Source: Calcarisporiella thermophila CBS 279.70 (Eukaryota > Fungi > Calcarisporiellomycota). Taken from it: a stretch of 64,000 nt of DNA. The position numbers were made by a program, and so were the translations under genes. The stretch covers positions 593,077-657,076 of the forward strand of contig NW_027192191.1 of NCBI RefSeq assembly GCF_041956535.1, read 5' to 3'. This document shows, piece after piece, positions 48,744 through 62,535 of the stretch (the first letter of the stretch is position 1; the number at the start of each line of letters is the position of its first letter). Below the pieces are notes generated by a model that was given only the letters and a program-made list of their open reading frames with translations, made no database searches and had not been told where the DNA came from.

Positions 48744-51669
48744 ATGCCGGTCCGTCCGAACGACACGCGCTCTCCAAGCAACCCCCGATCCAAGGATCCG
48801 GGGCCCAAGGAACAGCGCACTGCTTATACCACCGTCTTAACTGTAAAAGATACCATTCAACAGACTGAAGTGCGGCCCATTTCGACTGCTCCGCCTTCTC
48901 CCGCCATTAACAAATCCAAAAATAAGCCCACTGCTGCCGTCACCACAACCACTTATGTGGAGCCAGCAACTTCAACAATAACGATTCTCCCCAGCACGCC
49001 AGATCCAGGCCCGGATGACATGCCCGGCGAGAACCAGGGGCTGTATAAAGCTGCCTTGCCATCGCTCCCGTCTACAAAGAACCTAGGACTGGCCTCTCCC
49101 CCACTCTCAGGCCAAAAGATTGGCTCTGGGGAGTACACATCAATTTCACAGCAAACAGACGATCTCTTGCTGCAGCTGCTAATCTCGCAGGCAGTTATTG
49201 ATGCAAAGGAGTTCCAAGTCTTGACGCTGGAGGATGTGGAGGAATTGAAAAAGGTAGACATGGATGCATGCCGCGTCGAGTGTTCACTAGTCCAAGTCCC
49301 CACTTACCCATTTTGCTTCATCTTTTTCAGGATCATGCCTCGCTGACAAACCGTATAGCCTCGCTTACCACTCGCCTCTCCCTTGAAAGCAAGATCCGCG
49401 AAGCCGCCCATTCCCTCACAAGATTACACGCATCGAATCGCAAACTGGTCAAGCAGGCGTCCGATCAGTTGGCTGCTGCGAATCGCAAGGTTGATCAAGC
49501 CGCCGCCGAGCTTTGGAGACTCACTCAGCGGGGGAGTGAAGTACAGAAAAAGCTGTTGCAGCACATGGCAGGGGTGCTTGGCAAGGGTGTGCAGCGACTA
49601 GAGGAGCAGCTGCAAACCAATCAACCAGATAATGCGACTCCAAGCGGGAACCAGGAAGTGTAAGCATATACCCTGTTTTTCTAGTGCTTTCTGAGGCCCA
49701 TCCCGACTGACGCCTTCCATTGTGTATCTGTGCCCATCGGAAGCGGTTCGAAGCGAATGCGAGAAATGGAGGATACCCTCACCCAGATGCAGTCCTCCCT
49801 GTCCGACGCTCAGCGGAAGATTGCCCAGCGCGAGGCGGAAATCTCTTCGCTCCGCAAAGAGCTTAAGCAGCAAATCTCGAGTACCACACAGCGCCTCGCC
49901 GAAAGGGAGCAAGAGGTGTCGCAACTGCGCTCCGAGCTGGCCAAAAAGGAGGAGATGGAGTCCGACTCGGGAGTCTCGGTCGGCTCGCACGCACAGCTCG
50001 GGGAGCTGCAGATCACGGTGGCACAACTGGAGGGACAGGTGAATGAGTACCGGGAGCGGGTGCGAGAGCTTGAGGACGAATTGACCCACTCTCGAAAGGC
50101 TCGCGACTCGTCTGCTCGGGAGGCCGGGAGCACGCGCTCCGTGCTCCAAGAGACCGTGCGGGAAACAATGTTGGAGAAGGAGCGGATCCGTGCCGAGTTG
50201 GAGGAGGTGAAGCGGGTGCGCAATGAGCAGGAGGACCAGCTGGTGGAGATGCGGAGGGAAATGGAAGTTGCAAGAGAACACATGGAGAGGGACCGAGTGA
50301 AGAGGGACGAGGAGGTGATGCGGATGCGCGAAAGGGTGGACGAGATGGAGCGAGGGAAGCGGGAGCTCGAGGAACTGCAGGCAGGGCTGAAGGAGCTGAT
50401 GAACGAGGTGGCCCCGGTGGAGAGTCGAGGCGGAAGAGATGCGAAGCCATCCATCAACGGGGCTCCCCTGAGCGTAGACGCGCTGGCGCGACGAGTACGC
50501 TCACAAACGGAGGAGAACAGGCGCCTGACGGAGCAGGTACACTCCATGCAAGAGACGATCGACCGCCTGCAGGGCGAGCTCGACCGCCGGCGATCCAACG
50601 CCGCGCCGTCCCCCGGCTCGGGCGACCCGGAGAAGGTGAGCCAGCTCGAGGCGCAGTTACAGAGGGCGCAGGGTGAGATCGCGGCCCTCATTCAGCGCGA
50701 GCAGGAACTTCTCGACGAGGTGAGCGATTTCCGCGCCCAGCTCTCCGAGAGCGAGACGGAGCGCCGGCGGCTGGAGGTTGTGCTGAAACGGGCAAGCGTG
50801 GCGCAGGTGGTGGAGGCTGGGAGCTCGGCACTGCGGGATCAGTTCGAGCAGAGGATCACCGAGCAGACCGAGGAGTACCGGGCCCAGCTTTCGGAGCGCG
50901 ACGTGCTCACCAAGAAGATGCGGCGGGAGGCGGACGAATTGCGGGACGAGCGCGACAAGCTGAAGACGGTGGTGGGGGATCTGGAGGAGATGGTGCGCGA
51001 GAAGTGTCGCGTGGTGGACCAGCGCGACGTCACCGTCAGCCGAATGCAGTCGGAGCTGGACGACCTGAAGGCGAGGTGCCGGGACCTGGAGCAACGGGTG
51101 AAGGGGCGTCCGCGGGGAGATTCGGAGGGGGGGGCCGGGGCCGAGAGGTGGAGGCCAAGCTGGCGGCGACCCAGGACGAGCTCATGCTGTGCAAGGACCA
51201 GCTGGCGGCCCTGCAAAGCACGCTGGAGGTGTCGCAGAGGGAGTTTGCGGTGCGCGAGGCGGCGCTCGAGCGGCAGTCCGACTCGCTGCAGTCCGAGCTC
51301 GACGGGGTGCTGCGCGAGTTCGACCGGCTGACGCGCAACGTCACGGACTTCGAGCAGGAGCGCCAGCGGTTCGACGCCATGGTGGACGGCCTGCGCCGGC
51401 AAGTGCACGACCTGGAGTCGCAGCTTGCCGATGAGCAGGTGAAGAACATCGGGGCGGGCGAGGACACCAGCACCACGAATCTGCGGCGCGAGTTCCGCAG
51501 GCTGATGGCCGAGATGCGCTCGGAGCACACCAAGGTGCTAGACAAGGAGATGGAGGAGAAGCGGCGTCTGGAGGGGCAGCTGAGGGAGATGAAGCGCGAG
51601 CGGGAGATGAAGCTGTGGGACCGGGTGAACAAGGGCGTGCAGGCCAGTTTGATCGCAGTGGGCCACTAA
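48744..51669 (+). CDS. Uds1 (up-regulated during septation 1) domain coiled-coil protein; apparent frameshift at 51127-51134
   Basis: LLISQAVIDAKEFQVLTLEDVEELKK..LTNRIASL..RLSLESKIREAAHSL..ELWRL..KLLQHMAGVL, then a long coiled coil that switches from the 49730 frame to the 51004 frame at a G8 run. Confidence 0.85.
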
Positions 51670-52297
51670 AATCTTTTTGGTGCTAGTCAACTAAAATAAT
51701 TTCCATCCCCCCCCCCCCTCCACCCTATATAATCTATCTATTTCCTTTATTCTATAGTATTTGCGCTTTTTTTTTTCGATCCTTTGCTCAAAAAGAGGAA
51801 GCACCATTTGCCGAGAGCAAATTGTCTTGTTCTTGACTTTTTTTTTCCTTCTTGATTGTAGCATTATGTTTTTTTTCTCCTCCCCTCCAACCCTTTGCTG
51901 TGTTATCGTTTTCTTAAAATTTTTATTGTTTATTCTTAACGTATTTTTGATTTTTTTCACGCAGATTCCTCTCCTTTTCTCTCCGAAAATATAAATTATA
52001 TGAAAAAAAAGTAATTTCAAAAAGAGGCCGCTTTTCAAATATATACACCCACTTGAACCAACGAACTATGTAAGAAAGAACACACAGGGAACATAGTCAA
52101 TGGGAGACAATAAAGGGGGGAGAAAATAAAAAAAATCGTACATCAACACATGCTATCTGTAATAGAGAAGACATCGTGCTTCCTATAGAATGTATAAAAT
52201 TCTTAAATTGGGGGGGGTATCCAAAAAAAAATAGAAATAGTAACAATAAGCAGAGGACGAATATATATATATATTTATATAGACTGAAAAAAACAAA

Positions 52298-55200
52298 TCA
52301 CAATCGTACAAACTCGTGAATTCTATCATCGTGAGTGGTGCATATTGCAAACAGGAGTTGCATATCAGACTCGTCGATCCTACACACCCCCAACACGGGT
52401 TAGCTCCTGAGGGTTAGGAACATGGAGAGCAGTAAAACATGGCTTACCCTAGGGAGCTCGCTATGGACATCAGGTCGGGCTCCGGTTTATCCAACCATCC
52501 CTCCCGAATGGATGACGACACGAGAAAACTCGTAAAGTATAGCTCCTGGAGGCGATCTTCTAGGTATTGGACACACTATTTGAGATGGAAAGCAGGCGTT
52601 AGCCAGGTTAGTCAAGCGTGCCAGCCTACAGCGATTGTATTTACCGATTCAGCAGAGGATTTTAACTCGTGCAGGTTTTTGATCTCTAATAGCGTCTCGT
52701 GCACAAATTTCGAAGGGGTAGCGCGCTGTATTTCAACCGCGTGGTTGTAGGAGTCCAGACCTTCATAGGTCCTAGAATAAAAAAAAAAGGTAATGAGTAC
52801 ACATTTCTGGGGACCGATGCAGGATGAGAGCTTACAGTATTGTGGGGGTGGAAGGGTCGCGATTGGCCCTATAGCTTACAAGTTTGCACTGGCACGTATT
52901 CACATCGGCAACAATACACACAGACTGCTGTACATTATCGTTTGCGGCCAACTGGGTTGAGATCGATAACGGAGAATTAGTTCATCCCTGCAACCGGAAG
53001 GGGGTCGAATGGTACACCAGCTTACCAAAACTTTGTCCCTGAGATCCGTTTCCAGCGGATCCAAGAAATCGAATTTGGGAACGCCCATCAGCACGAAATC
53101 CGGCAAGTACCGCTCGCAATACGACGCCATCAGCGAGCGGCCATAGGACTTGGTGAACAGTTGATCTGCGCGATACCCTAAAACGGCCGACCCGCCGTCA
53201 CCGGGCTGCGGTGCAGTACGTTGCGGATCAGGCGTGCGATATAAGATGTTGGAGAGGGGCATAGCCACCTTGAGGAAGCGACCGCTCAAATTCTCGGGTA
53301 GAGTGATTTTGCTCTCCTCCAGGCTGGGGCGTCGGGGCGGCTGGCCCGGGTGAGGCGGGAATACCACCTTGATGGGCTCGGGTTCTTCGACCCTCTTCTC
53401 CTCCGAGTCGAGATTCGATCTAGTGTCCAGGTATCCGAGGATAGAATCGAGGCCTCCCCCTCTCCTGTTCTTTGACCCCGCCATCTCCATCTCATCGTCA
53501 TCCTCTGCGATCATCCAGGGATCCTCCTCGCCCCATATTCCGGGAACAAAATTCGCAGGTGGCAATTTCCGAGGCGTTTTCTGGGCTAGCTGCGGCTGGG
53601 ACGGCGTGCTGTGGTGGGCATGCTGTGTCTGGTTCTGGAATGGAGATGCGTGTCCAGAGACGGACCGTGCCAGATGGATTGGCGATGTCCGCGTGAACGA
53701 CCCACTAAGTCTTGCCTGCGCCTGCCTCTCTTGCCTCCCGCCGCCTGCCCCCCCACGCTCCCCACCAGCACCGCCGATACGCCCTTGCTCGAAATGGTCC
53801 AGAAAGAAAAGGCTCTTCACCGACGACGCCATTCCCGTCGACGCCTGCCTCCACGATCCTCCGATTCGCTCCCCAAGCGTCTCTCGCCCATCGGCATCGT
53901 CCTTGGAGCGGGAGCGCTGGGACGCAGGGATGCTAATAGATTTGGGCTCGGCCGAGGAGGGGGACGAGGGCGACGGGGGGTCTCCCTTGGTAGGATGGGG
54001 GAGATGGGGGCTGCGATGGTGCACCTCCTCCACATACTCGAACACTTCGTTGCACCGTATGAAATACGTAAGCACGTAGAGAAGCCGGCGCACCAAACTG
54101 GCGTGCTGCCCCACCACGATGGTGCGGGACGCCTTATTCGGAATGCCGACGTTGCCTTGGAGGTCCCCGAGTTGGGCCCAAAGAGGGTCATAGGGAATCA
54201 AATGACTGTGTTCGTGTGACTGTCAAAGAGGGAAGCAAATGTAGAGACTATTCCCAGGTAACCAAAATAAACTTAGAGTCTCACCTCACTGCCCGGCTTC
54301 GCCGGAGGTGCCACCGTCGATACCCACGAGAGATGATGAATTAGGACGCTGGTAATCAGGGAGGATAGGAATCTAAATGGGAACCACGTTATCAGCGACT
54401 CTAACTTAAACCTAAACCTTAATTAGTCCGACAAAATACTCACAGATTATTCGATTTAGAATCCAGTTTATCAATGAGGAACACCAGTTCGGAAATTAAC
54501 GATTCGCACAGGGTGGATTTACTCTGGGGAAACGTGGTCATGTTAAGCCACAAGGGTTCCTAGGGGAGGGGCCACTTCGAAATGAATCTTGGATGAAAAA
54601 AAAAGTAGCGTATCCTACTGGGATATCAAACCTGGATACGCGGGGTCGCGTACAGCCGAAGTAAGCCCTCCTGAAAGGCACGCACCGCATTCCACAAACT
54701 GTCGTCGTTCTGTAGGATATAGCAGGGGAGAAGCCGCATTTGGCGACTGCGGGAGTGCATATGCTGCGGCTGAAAGGGGGGAGTTTGCTAGCGATAAAAG
54801 GACCGATATGTCAGTTTTGTGCCCTAGTCACCAGCATCCACTTAAGCATGGCATACCTCATTGGAGTGGGTGAGCGGGGGTGTAGAATTCCGGCGAAATA
54901 TTGAGCACAGCAACTGGAACATCACCGCCTGTAGCTGATGAAGGCGGAGCTCCACCAGCCCAAAATGCGAGAAGAGAAACTCTTGCAAGATCGTGTTCTC
55001 TTCGAAGGATATCAAAATCCCAAGGGCAAAGGAGATGGAGCGCGGACTGTGTTTGGTGGGAGTCTAGTAATGGAGTGGAAAAAAAAAGCAAGTGATGAAT
55101 ACGGACGAAAGCCTGTACACAGGTGAGCAAATAAGAATTACATTCGACCCGGTACTATCGCCTCTGGACATTGGACTCGGCAAAGGGGTCGGTTTGAATA

Positions 55201-56256
55201 CGCCATTCTCAATGCTCGTTTGGCTGCTTCTTCGTAGCCGTCTAGTGTTAAATGCATAACGCGAGCGTGAGTGCAGGCCCAGTATCGGCGGTCCACCGGG
55301 CGAATGGGTAGGCAGCTTGACGGAATCATCATCACTTGAGTCCCCGCAAGAGCCATCGGTGAACAGAGAGGGATGGGATTGGATCGAGATGGGGTCGATT
55401 TTGGGAGGGCGCGGCTGATCACCGGAAGCAAACACTTGTAGCGAGGAGACGGAAATTTCACTATGGACGGAGGAGAAAGAACTCCGCCTATTCTGGAGGG
55501 CAGACTCGACGTCTTGTGGCCCAACTGCGAAAAGCTTTGTGATGAGGACCTGGGGTTTGGGCGAGCGAAGGTAGTGAACTTTGGTTGTCTGGCCCTTGTA
55601 GGACATGGGCACAGCGCCAAACATCATGTCGCCGATAAGGTCCAGGCCTTGGTTCAACTAAAGATTAAGGAAGAGGATCGTTAATGGATAGAGTTCGATC
55701 CAAGCAATGCAATGTTAACCGAGTCATCTGTACCAGGCGGATAGGTGTGCTGTTGGCCCTTGTAAGAGGAGGAGGCGTGACCTTTGCCTCACCCACATCC
55801 GAGCTCTCATGGTGCAAGTCCATACTCCTCCGTGAAGCCTGATCGCTGTAAGGGCGGGACGGGTCTCCGGTTGACCTGGTTGGGCGCAATGTACTACCGG
55901 CCGCCCATGACGATGGCAGCTCACGTGAAGTAGGCTGTATTTTCACACCTTCCAGGCCATAAGGCTGCGCGCCCGTGTCAAAAAGAGGGACCTTGGACTT
56001 GTCGCCCGTGTCTTCCGCTAGGATCACACGAATTTGGCTTGAACGAAAGGGAGGTGGCGACCAGCTATATAGAAAATGGCAAAAGGAGGGCGGGTGTTAG
56101 AGAATTCACCAATCTTTGGATGCTAAGTAACAAAGTCACGGATTAGAATGCAGGCATGGAATCGATGAGCAACCTATGGGGTTCAACAAGTTTCATTGAG
56201 TGTTTATCTGCAGCATCTTTGGGGGGAGACTTTGAGCCGAACAATCGCTGCAACAT
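52298..56256 (-). CDS. Folliculin-interacting protein (FNIP/Lst4-like), multi-exon
   Basis: [19 protein letters not shown]; [22 protein letters not shown]; [14 protein letters not shown]; [18 protein letters not shown]; [15 protein letters not shown]; [10 protein letters not shown]. Confidence 0.92.
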
Positions 56257-57008
56257 CTTCAGAAACAAGTGTATAGAAAAAGGGGGCAGAAAATCAAGCT
56301 TCAAGTACCATAAGATTAAATGATTGAAGAGAGGCCAATGGTATTCAACTGTAAATGGGTTAAAAGAAAAAAACGAAACTTGTCAAGATCTGGATAAAAG
56401 AAAAGGGGGAAAAGTATCACTCTCGACCTCGGAGAAATCTACGTAGGCTCATGTGGACAGGGCCGATTTGGCTGCAGCGTGAATCCATGGAAAAAAAAAC
56501 CACGCGCAGCTAGTCCTATGAGAGACCACTTTTTTCAGCAGCTTTTTCAGAAATAGCAATAAGGGGTGTGAAATCTTCGATTCCCAATACATGGTCGTAG
56601 AGACGATAATTCTAATCGTGACCACACCCGAGAGAATCGGTCCATTGGAAGTGAAGCCAGGGGCTGCTTTCACTTGGACGGTATGAGGTATAATCCTCAA
56701 AGAGAATTAATAGTTTGCTTCATGCATTTATTCAGCAAAAACACCTTTATTATTTCATCCTAATGACTATATAAATATTTATTGCGAATGGTTGCAAAGA
56801 TCTTTAAAGCATGACTCGATCAGCCAAATGATGATGATTTCATGGAGTAAAAAGTCCAGCGAAGTCGGAAAGAAAATAAACACCAGGATTGAGTCGAGTA
56901 TACTATATCCTAATAAACGTTGTGTGGCTTAGGCATGGTCACTTGCATTTTCCCTTATGACCTGCCAAGTGGATCCATCCACTCTCTCTCATTAAACTGG
57001 TGAGCGTC

Positions 57009-58574
57009 ATGCCGACCAAGCCAAAGGTTCAACGCTATCGCGCGGGGAAAGTACCGGAGGGCTACCACGAATCTTCTTCTTCTGACGAAGATGAAGCCCC
57101 TCAGATCCAGGCCAAATCGACTTCAGTTCATACACCCTCGTCGGCTCCAGTCGAAATCACCACCGCCCAAGCCGCTCAGGATCGTCGTCTTCAGCGCCTA
57201 CAAGAAACGCAGTCTGTACCAAGTGATCGCCACAGGCGAAGGCATCGCGATGATCAAGAGGATGAAGTGAAGGAGAGTTTACGGGATGAAGATGAGGAGA
57301 TGAATGAAAGGGAAAGAATGCGAGAACGAGCAAGGCAGAGAAGGCGTGAAGAAGAAGAGGAGGAGATGAAAAGGATGGAAGAAGAAGAGGAAAGGGAAAG
57401 GGAGGAGCAAGATTCTGAGAAGGAATCCGAGGAGGAATCCGAGGAAGAAACCGAGGAGTCGGAAGAGGAATCGGAGGAGGAAGAGAGAATACTGTTTAAA
57501 CCTAGGTTTATCCACAGGCACATATTACTTTTTGGAAACATAGATCTACGTTGGGAGCATCTAGCTTTATTAACGCTTGTTATTTTTCACCGTCGGTAGG
57601 TCCGATCGACAAACCGTCCTGGAACGAGAGCAGCGAGAAAAGGAAGAGGCAGAGGAGGAGAAACGGCGACAGCTCGAAGCAGAACGGAGGAAAAAAGAGT
57701 CACATCAGCTCGCAGCCGAGCAAGTGAAACGAGAGCTCGAGGCTCAAGGTATGTATCCACTGCATTTACGCTTTTTGCCGTTGGTATACTTTATATCCTG
57801 ATGCTGATGTTCATGGCAGAGGAGGAGAACAACCAGAGCGTCCCTGATGTGGACGATACAGATGGCTTAGACGAGCAAGCAGAATACGAGGCATGGAAAT
57901 TAAGAGAGTTGCTTCGCATCAAACGTGACAAGGAAGAGAGGGAGGCGTGAGTTCAACTTTTTTTTTTTCCATTTTTCCGTTTTTTCTCTAGCAGAGAACT
58001 AAGCACTCGTTTTTTATTTTTAGTCGAGATAAGGAGCGCGAGGAGATCGAGCGCCGGCGCGCCATGCCCGAGAGGCTGCGCCTGAAGGAGGATCTCGAGC
58101 ATGCTAGGAAGACGCGGGAGGAGAAGCAAAGGGGCAAGCAGCAGTTCCTCCAGAAGTACTACCACAAGGGCGCCTTCTTCATGGTAAGACTCGCCACACT
58201 GATACGCCCCTTGCTTAGAAAGGATGACGTCTTGACCCCGAATGGATCCCTTTTAGGACAAAGAGGAGAAAGTGTACAAGCGTGACTATAGCGCCCCAAC
58301 CGGCGAGGACACCATCGACAAAACCACATTGCCGGCGGTGATGCAAGTGAAGAACTTTGGTCGGGCAAGTCGGACCAAGTGGACCCACTTGGCCGCGGAG
58401 GACACGACCCAGCGCGATGCGGCTTGGGCGCAAAAGACCGACATCAACAAAAGGGTCCTACAAAAGTACGGCGGAATGCACGACGTGCTGGACAGGAGGA
58501 GCGGCGGCGGCGGCAGCAGCGGCAGCAACAACGGCCGCAGCGACGGCAGCAGCAAAAGGAGGCGCTACGATTAA
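57009..58574 (+). CDS. MFAP1: Microfibrillar-associated protein 1 / Spp381-like splicing factor
   Basis: KVQRYRAGKVP; DVDDTDG..AEYEAWKLRELLRIKRD; QFLQKYYHKGAFF; LPAVMQVKNFGRASRTKWTHLAAEDTT. Confidence 0.95.
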
Positions 58575-59246
58575 GATTTTGTTTTGGTTTTTGTGTAAAT
58601 AGCATTATATAATAGATTGGTCCTTGTTTTCCTGGTTGCTAAACGGGGCTCTTTGCTCGGTTAAACCGCCTTGCTTAGTTTACTTTGTTCTCAGACTATA
58701 ATTTACTTTCGGCATAAGTCGCTGCACAGAGCCCGTCTGAACCTTGAAAACTCTGTCATCCCCCCGTACTAATGGGCGAAGCAGGCTCGGCCCGCCGAAA
58801 AAAAGGCGGGGGGGGGGGGGGAGCAAACCGTTGCACCTGCCGCGTTCCGCAATGAGCCACTCCACGCCGCCGAATGGTCCGCTTTGCGGGCCCGGCGGTT
58901 GACTAATGGCCCTGCCGCGGTGACGAAGGCGGGTTGGTGGACCACCGCAAACAAGCCTCCTGGGAAAGCGAATCAAGGGTCCAATGGGGCCAACCTTAAT
59001 TTCATGATTGACGCTCTTTTACCACGTGGGGTGAGCTGTGATTCGTCATGAGATGAAACTCAGTTCCCAAAGCGCTCGGTAAGGCTGGTCAGACAACGAC
59101 CGTTAAATACCTGCTGGGAAGGTGTTTTTTCCTCTTCCAAACCAGCCCTAGAACTCAAAGCCCCTGCTTTTCCCTTTGCTCCCGCCCGCGCCCTCCCCGC
59201 TAGACTTGCTGCCCTCTCTGTGCTCTTCCCCTCTGTTCCCCGCACC

Positions 59247-60705
59247 ATGACGATGCTCCAGCTGCCCGTGATAGACCTCGGCCTCTATATGCGCGACAAG
59301 ACGCATCCCGACGCGCAGGCCGAGTGCACCAAATGCGCAGATGCGCTCCGTGACTACGGCGCGCTTGTGGTCAAAGACCCCCGTGTGACCAAGGAGGCCA
59401 ACGACGAGTTCCTGGACATGATGGAGAAGTACTACGGCCAGGAGCATGAGGTAGGCCCCCCCCCCGCTCTCCGTTAGAGTTTGAGGCTCTGTTGGCCTTC
59501 GACTTTTTTGACATTTCTCTCGCCGCCATTAGAAAAAACTGCTTGACGCCCGCCCCCAGCTAGGCTATCAAATCGGTGAGTGTGGGACGGCGTATATGCA
59601 CTCTGGTGCGGTACTTATTTGGTTTGGTAATACAGGTGTCACTCCCGAGCTGGTCGAGGAGCCCAAATGCAAAATCGACATCCGATGCCAGAATGTCATT
59701 AACAGCGTAAAGTTTTATTTCAATTGATCCATTCAGTCCTCTATATGCATGCATGCGTTCTCATCCCAATTGGCCTCCATTCCTCCAGATGCCAGAGCAC
59801 TCGCGACCCCTGATGGCCGACGGCCCCGATCCCAAATGGCGCTTCCACTGGCCCATAGGAGAGCAACCCAAGGAGACCAAGTTCCCTACGCTGAATTCCG
59901 CTCCCGTGATTCCCAAAGGTAAGATACCAATCAATCCCAGACTGGCGGGAGCACGCTATAGGTCGAATTAACAACGTGACGATGCTCTTGTCTCCAGCTT
60001 TTGAGAGCACATGGCAAGCCACCATGGACAGCTGGGGGACTCGCATGCACGATGCGGTCCTGGGTATTGCCGAAATGGCCGCCGTCGGGTTCGGCCTTCC
60101 CGCCAACACTTTCGTAGACATGACCCGCTACGGCCCGCATTTGCTTGCGCCAACCGGCAGCGACCTCGTGAAATACGGCAAGGTTGGAACCGTGCTCGCC
60201 GGGTTCCACTTCGACTTGAGCTTCTTGACCATTCACGGAAAGAGTCGCTTCCCCGGCCTTCACATCTGGCCAAGAAACGGGGCTGAGAAGGTGGCGGTGA
60301 AGGTTCCCGATGGTTGCTTGCTAGTGCAAGCCGGCAAGGAGGTAAGAAAGAAGGAAGAAAAAAATAACAAGGAGCATGCGAATCGATGAGCCATAACACG
60401 GCCCTCTGTTTTCATTTTATCCTTAGATGGAATGGCTTACAGGAGGCGCGGTCATGGCCGGGTATCACGAAGTCGTTGTCACAGAGGCCACCATGGCTGC
60501 AGTTGAAAACGCTAAGCTCAACCATCCTGAAAGGCCACTCTGGCGCATCTCCACCACACTCTTCATGCACATCGCAAGCGACCAGGTGCTGCGCCCCTTG
60601 GGACCCTTTGCCAATCCCGAAAGCGAGAAAAACTACCCCCATAAGCTGACGGGCGACTACATGAGAGAGGAGCTAGACCTGATCAAGCTGAAGGTGTCCT
60701 CGTAA
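59247..60705 (+). CDS. 2-oxoglutarate/Fe(II) dioxygenase-like protein (IPNS/DIOX_N fold)
   Basis: LPVIDL N-terminus; GPHLLAPTGSDL; AGFHFDL (HxD); TIHGKSRFPGL; LLVQAGK..EWLTGG..AGYHEV; WRISTTLF. Confidence 0.9.
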
Positions 60706-61018
60706 ATTCCCCCTTTGTTGATATAAATGATCTGTATATCCTCCGTGATTTCCATAGGTTTTACCTTGCATTTTAGGTTTAACTCTTTTAACGAAAATTG
60801 TATTTGAATTAGGATTGAAATATATTTGACACCCTTTGTGATGTAGATTGATTCTGGAGATGCAAACGATTTCGTAGCAAGTATTTATTTTTAAAAAAAA
60901 AAAATATAATAAATGGAGTATAATAAGAAACCCCTCTTGGTTGATATTACCTCTATATGTACATTTAATATGCTTACACATTGCCCTCATGTTGGCTTTT
61001 GCACTTTGAATTCTTACT

Positions 61019-61476
61019 TCAGCACACCAAAAAGTCTGCAGCCATAATGAGCTCAAGGGAGAGCTCTGGATCGATTTTGAAATCAGGAATCTCGCTTGTC
61101 GAATTACTATAGCGTGCATTGTAATAGAGATAGCGGCAGACAACTTCTAGAATCACAGCTCTGTATATGATGTTAGCTATCCATGAATTGGCAGAAAAAT
61201 AAATTAGAAAAAATCGCGTACTTGATTGCGGGGAAATGGATCTCATTTTTCTTGGATTCGGCGAATTGATCTATCCATTGTGAATAGCTTAGGTTTTCCG
61301 ATGTTGTCTCTGAAATAACCCTGGTAATATTTACCAAACGAAAGCATATTCTTAATGGTAGCTGATCTCATAGCAACCTCGCGGTCGATAATGAATTCAA
61401 AACCATCACTGCTAATAATGCGAACGTAAGGATTTTGTTCGGAAGATGGGTTTTGGATGGGGTCTTGATCCGCCAT
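61019..61476 (-). CDS. ELC1: Elongin C
   Basis: YVRIISSDGFEFII..AMRSATIKNML; ILEVVCRYLYYN.RY..IPDFKIDPELSLELIMAADFL. Confidence 0.95.
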
Positions 61477-62535
61477 GTTCTGTCACTTGTATTTCCAAGT
61501 TGATCAATAAATTGGATTTTTATTTTCAGTTCTCAGTGTAATAATCTTGTGTTTTAGAGTGGCTTTTCGCGAAAGATTTCAGATGGCTGGATAAATTTCG
61601 AAAATAATCAATATATAAATCTGTTTTCATCTGTTTTCATATTGCATATTGCGACCTTCTTTTACCTCTTACTGTTCAATTAAGTCAGCAATAAATCCGA
61701 ACAAATTATACCCTTTGGTCATTCGCGTATCTCTTTAGCAGCTTTTCTGGGATTATACTCAGAACAAATTCCACTTTTTTCGCATTCCATTTATCCTATC
61801 CCACCTCTTATTGGGGCTACCACGCGGGTTTTTCATCAATAAACTACTGCATTTCTGCTGATTTATAATTGACAACAAGCAATCGCTTGACAGATCGCAA
61901 AGCACGAGGAAAATAGATACATATCGTATCTATTTTAATGACCCAATTCACTTTGGTGGCGTTTATTTTTTTTTATTATTCGTGAAAATATTTCTAATAA
62001 TATAAAGCAGAGAATTCACTAATGACAATATATATAGTATATTGGTTCTTTACGCTGAGGATGTCGCATAAGCTAAAGCTTCCTTGGAAGCTCTTTTAGT
62101 CATCTACTGGAGGGCTCTTAATAAAATTTAAGTATTTTCTGTGATCTTTGGTAAAATGTGTTGAGTTGTGATTAAAATGGAGTGAGTGACGAAATATGAG
62201 GATACAAAGTGTGGGTAAACATTTTCTTAACAATAAAAATGTGATTAAGAACTAGGACGGAAAGAAGCTGTTTCCATATATTTTTTGTTTTGGAGCCTTA
62301 CTTGGAGGTAACAAAATAAAAAACCCCTTTATTTAATGTGAAGTATGACGAAAACAAAATCGAATATTGACAAGCCACTAGTAATAATCCTAAAACGGAA
62401 ACTTATGAATTTAGTTCTCCATAACCAATTCGATTTAATTATTCCCACGAAAAGTAATTTAACGCTATTCACAGGACCTCCTTCAACCCAGCCTATTTTT
62501 CTCTCTCACCACGAATTTAACTATACCTCTCCGAA

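Noticed and set aside
49598-51632. Multiple overlapping minus-strand and alternative-frame ORFs
   Set aside because: Expected from very high GC in the Uds1 coiled-coil exon; no domains or independent start context.
53286-54219. Overlapping + strand ORFs inside the FNIP gene
   Set aside because: GC-rich shadow ORFs of a conserved minus-strand exon.
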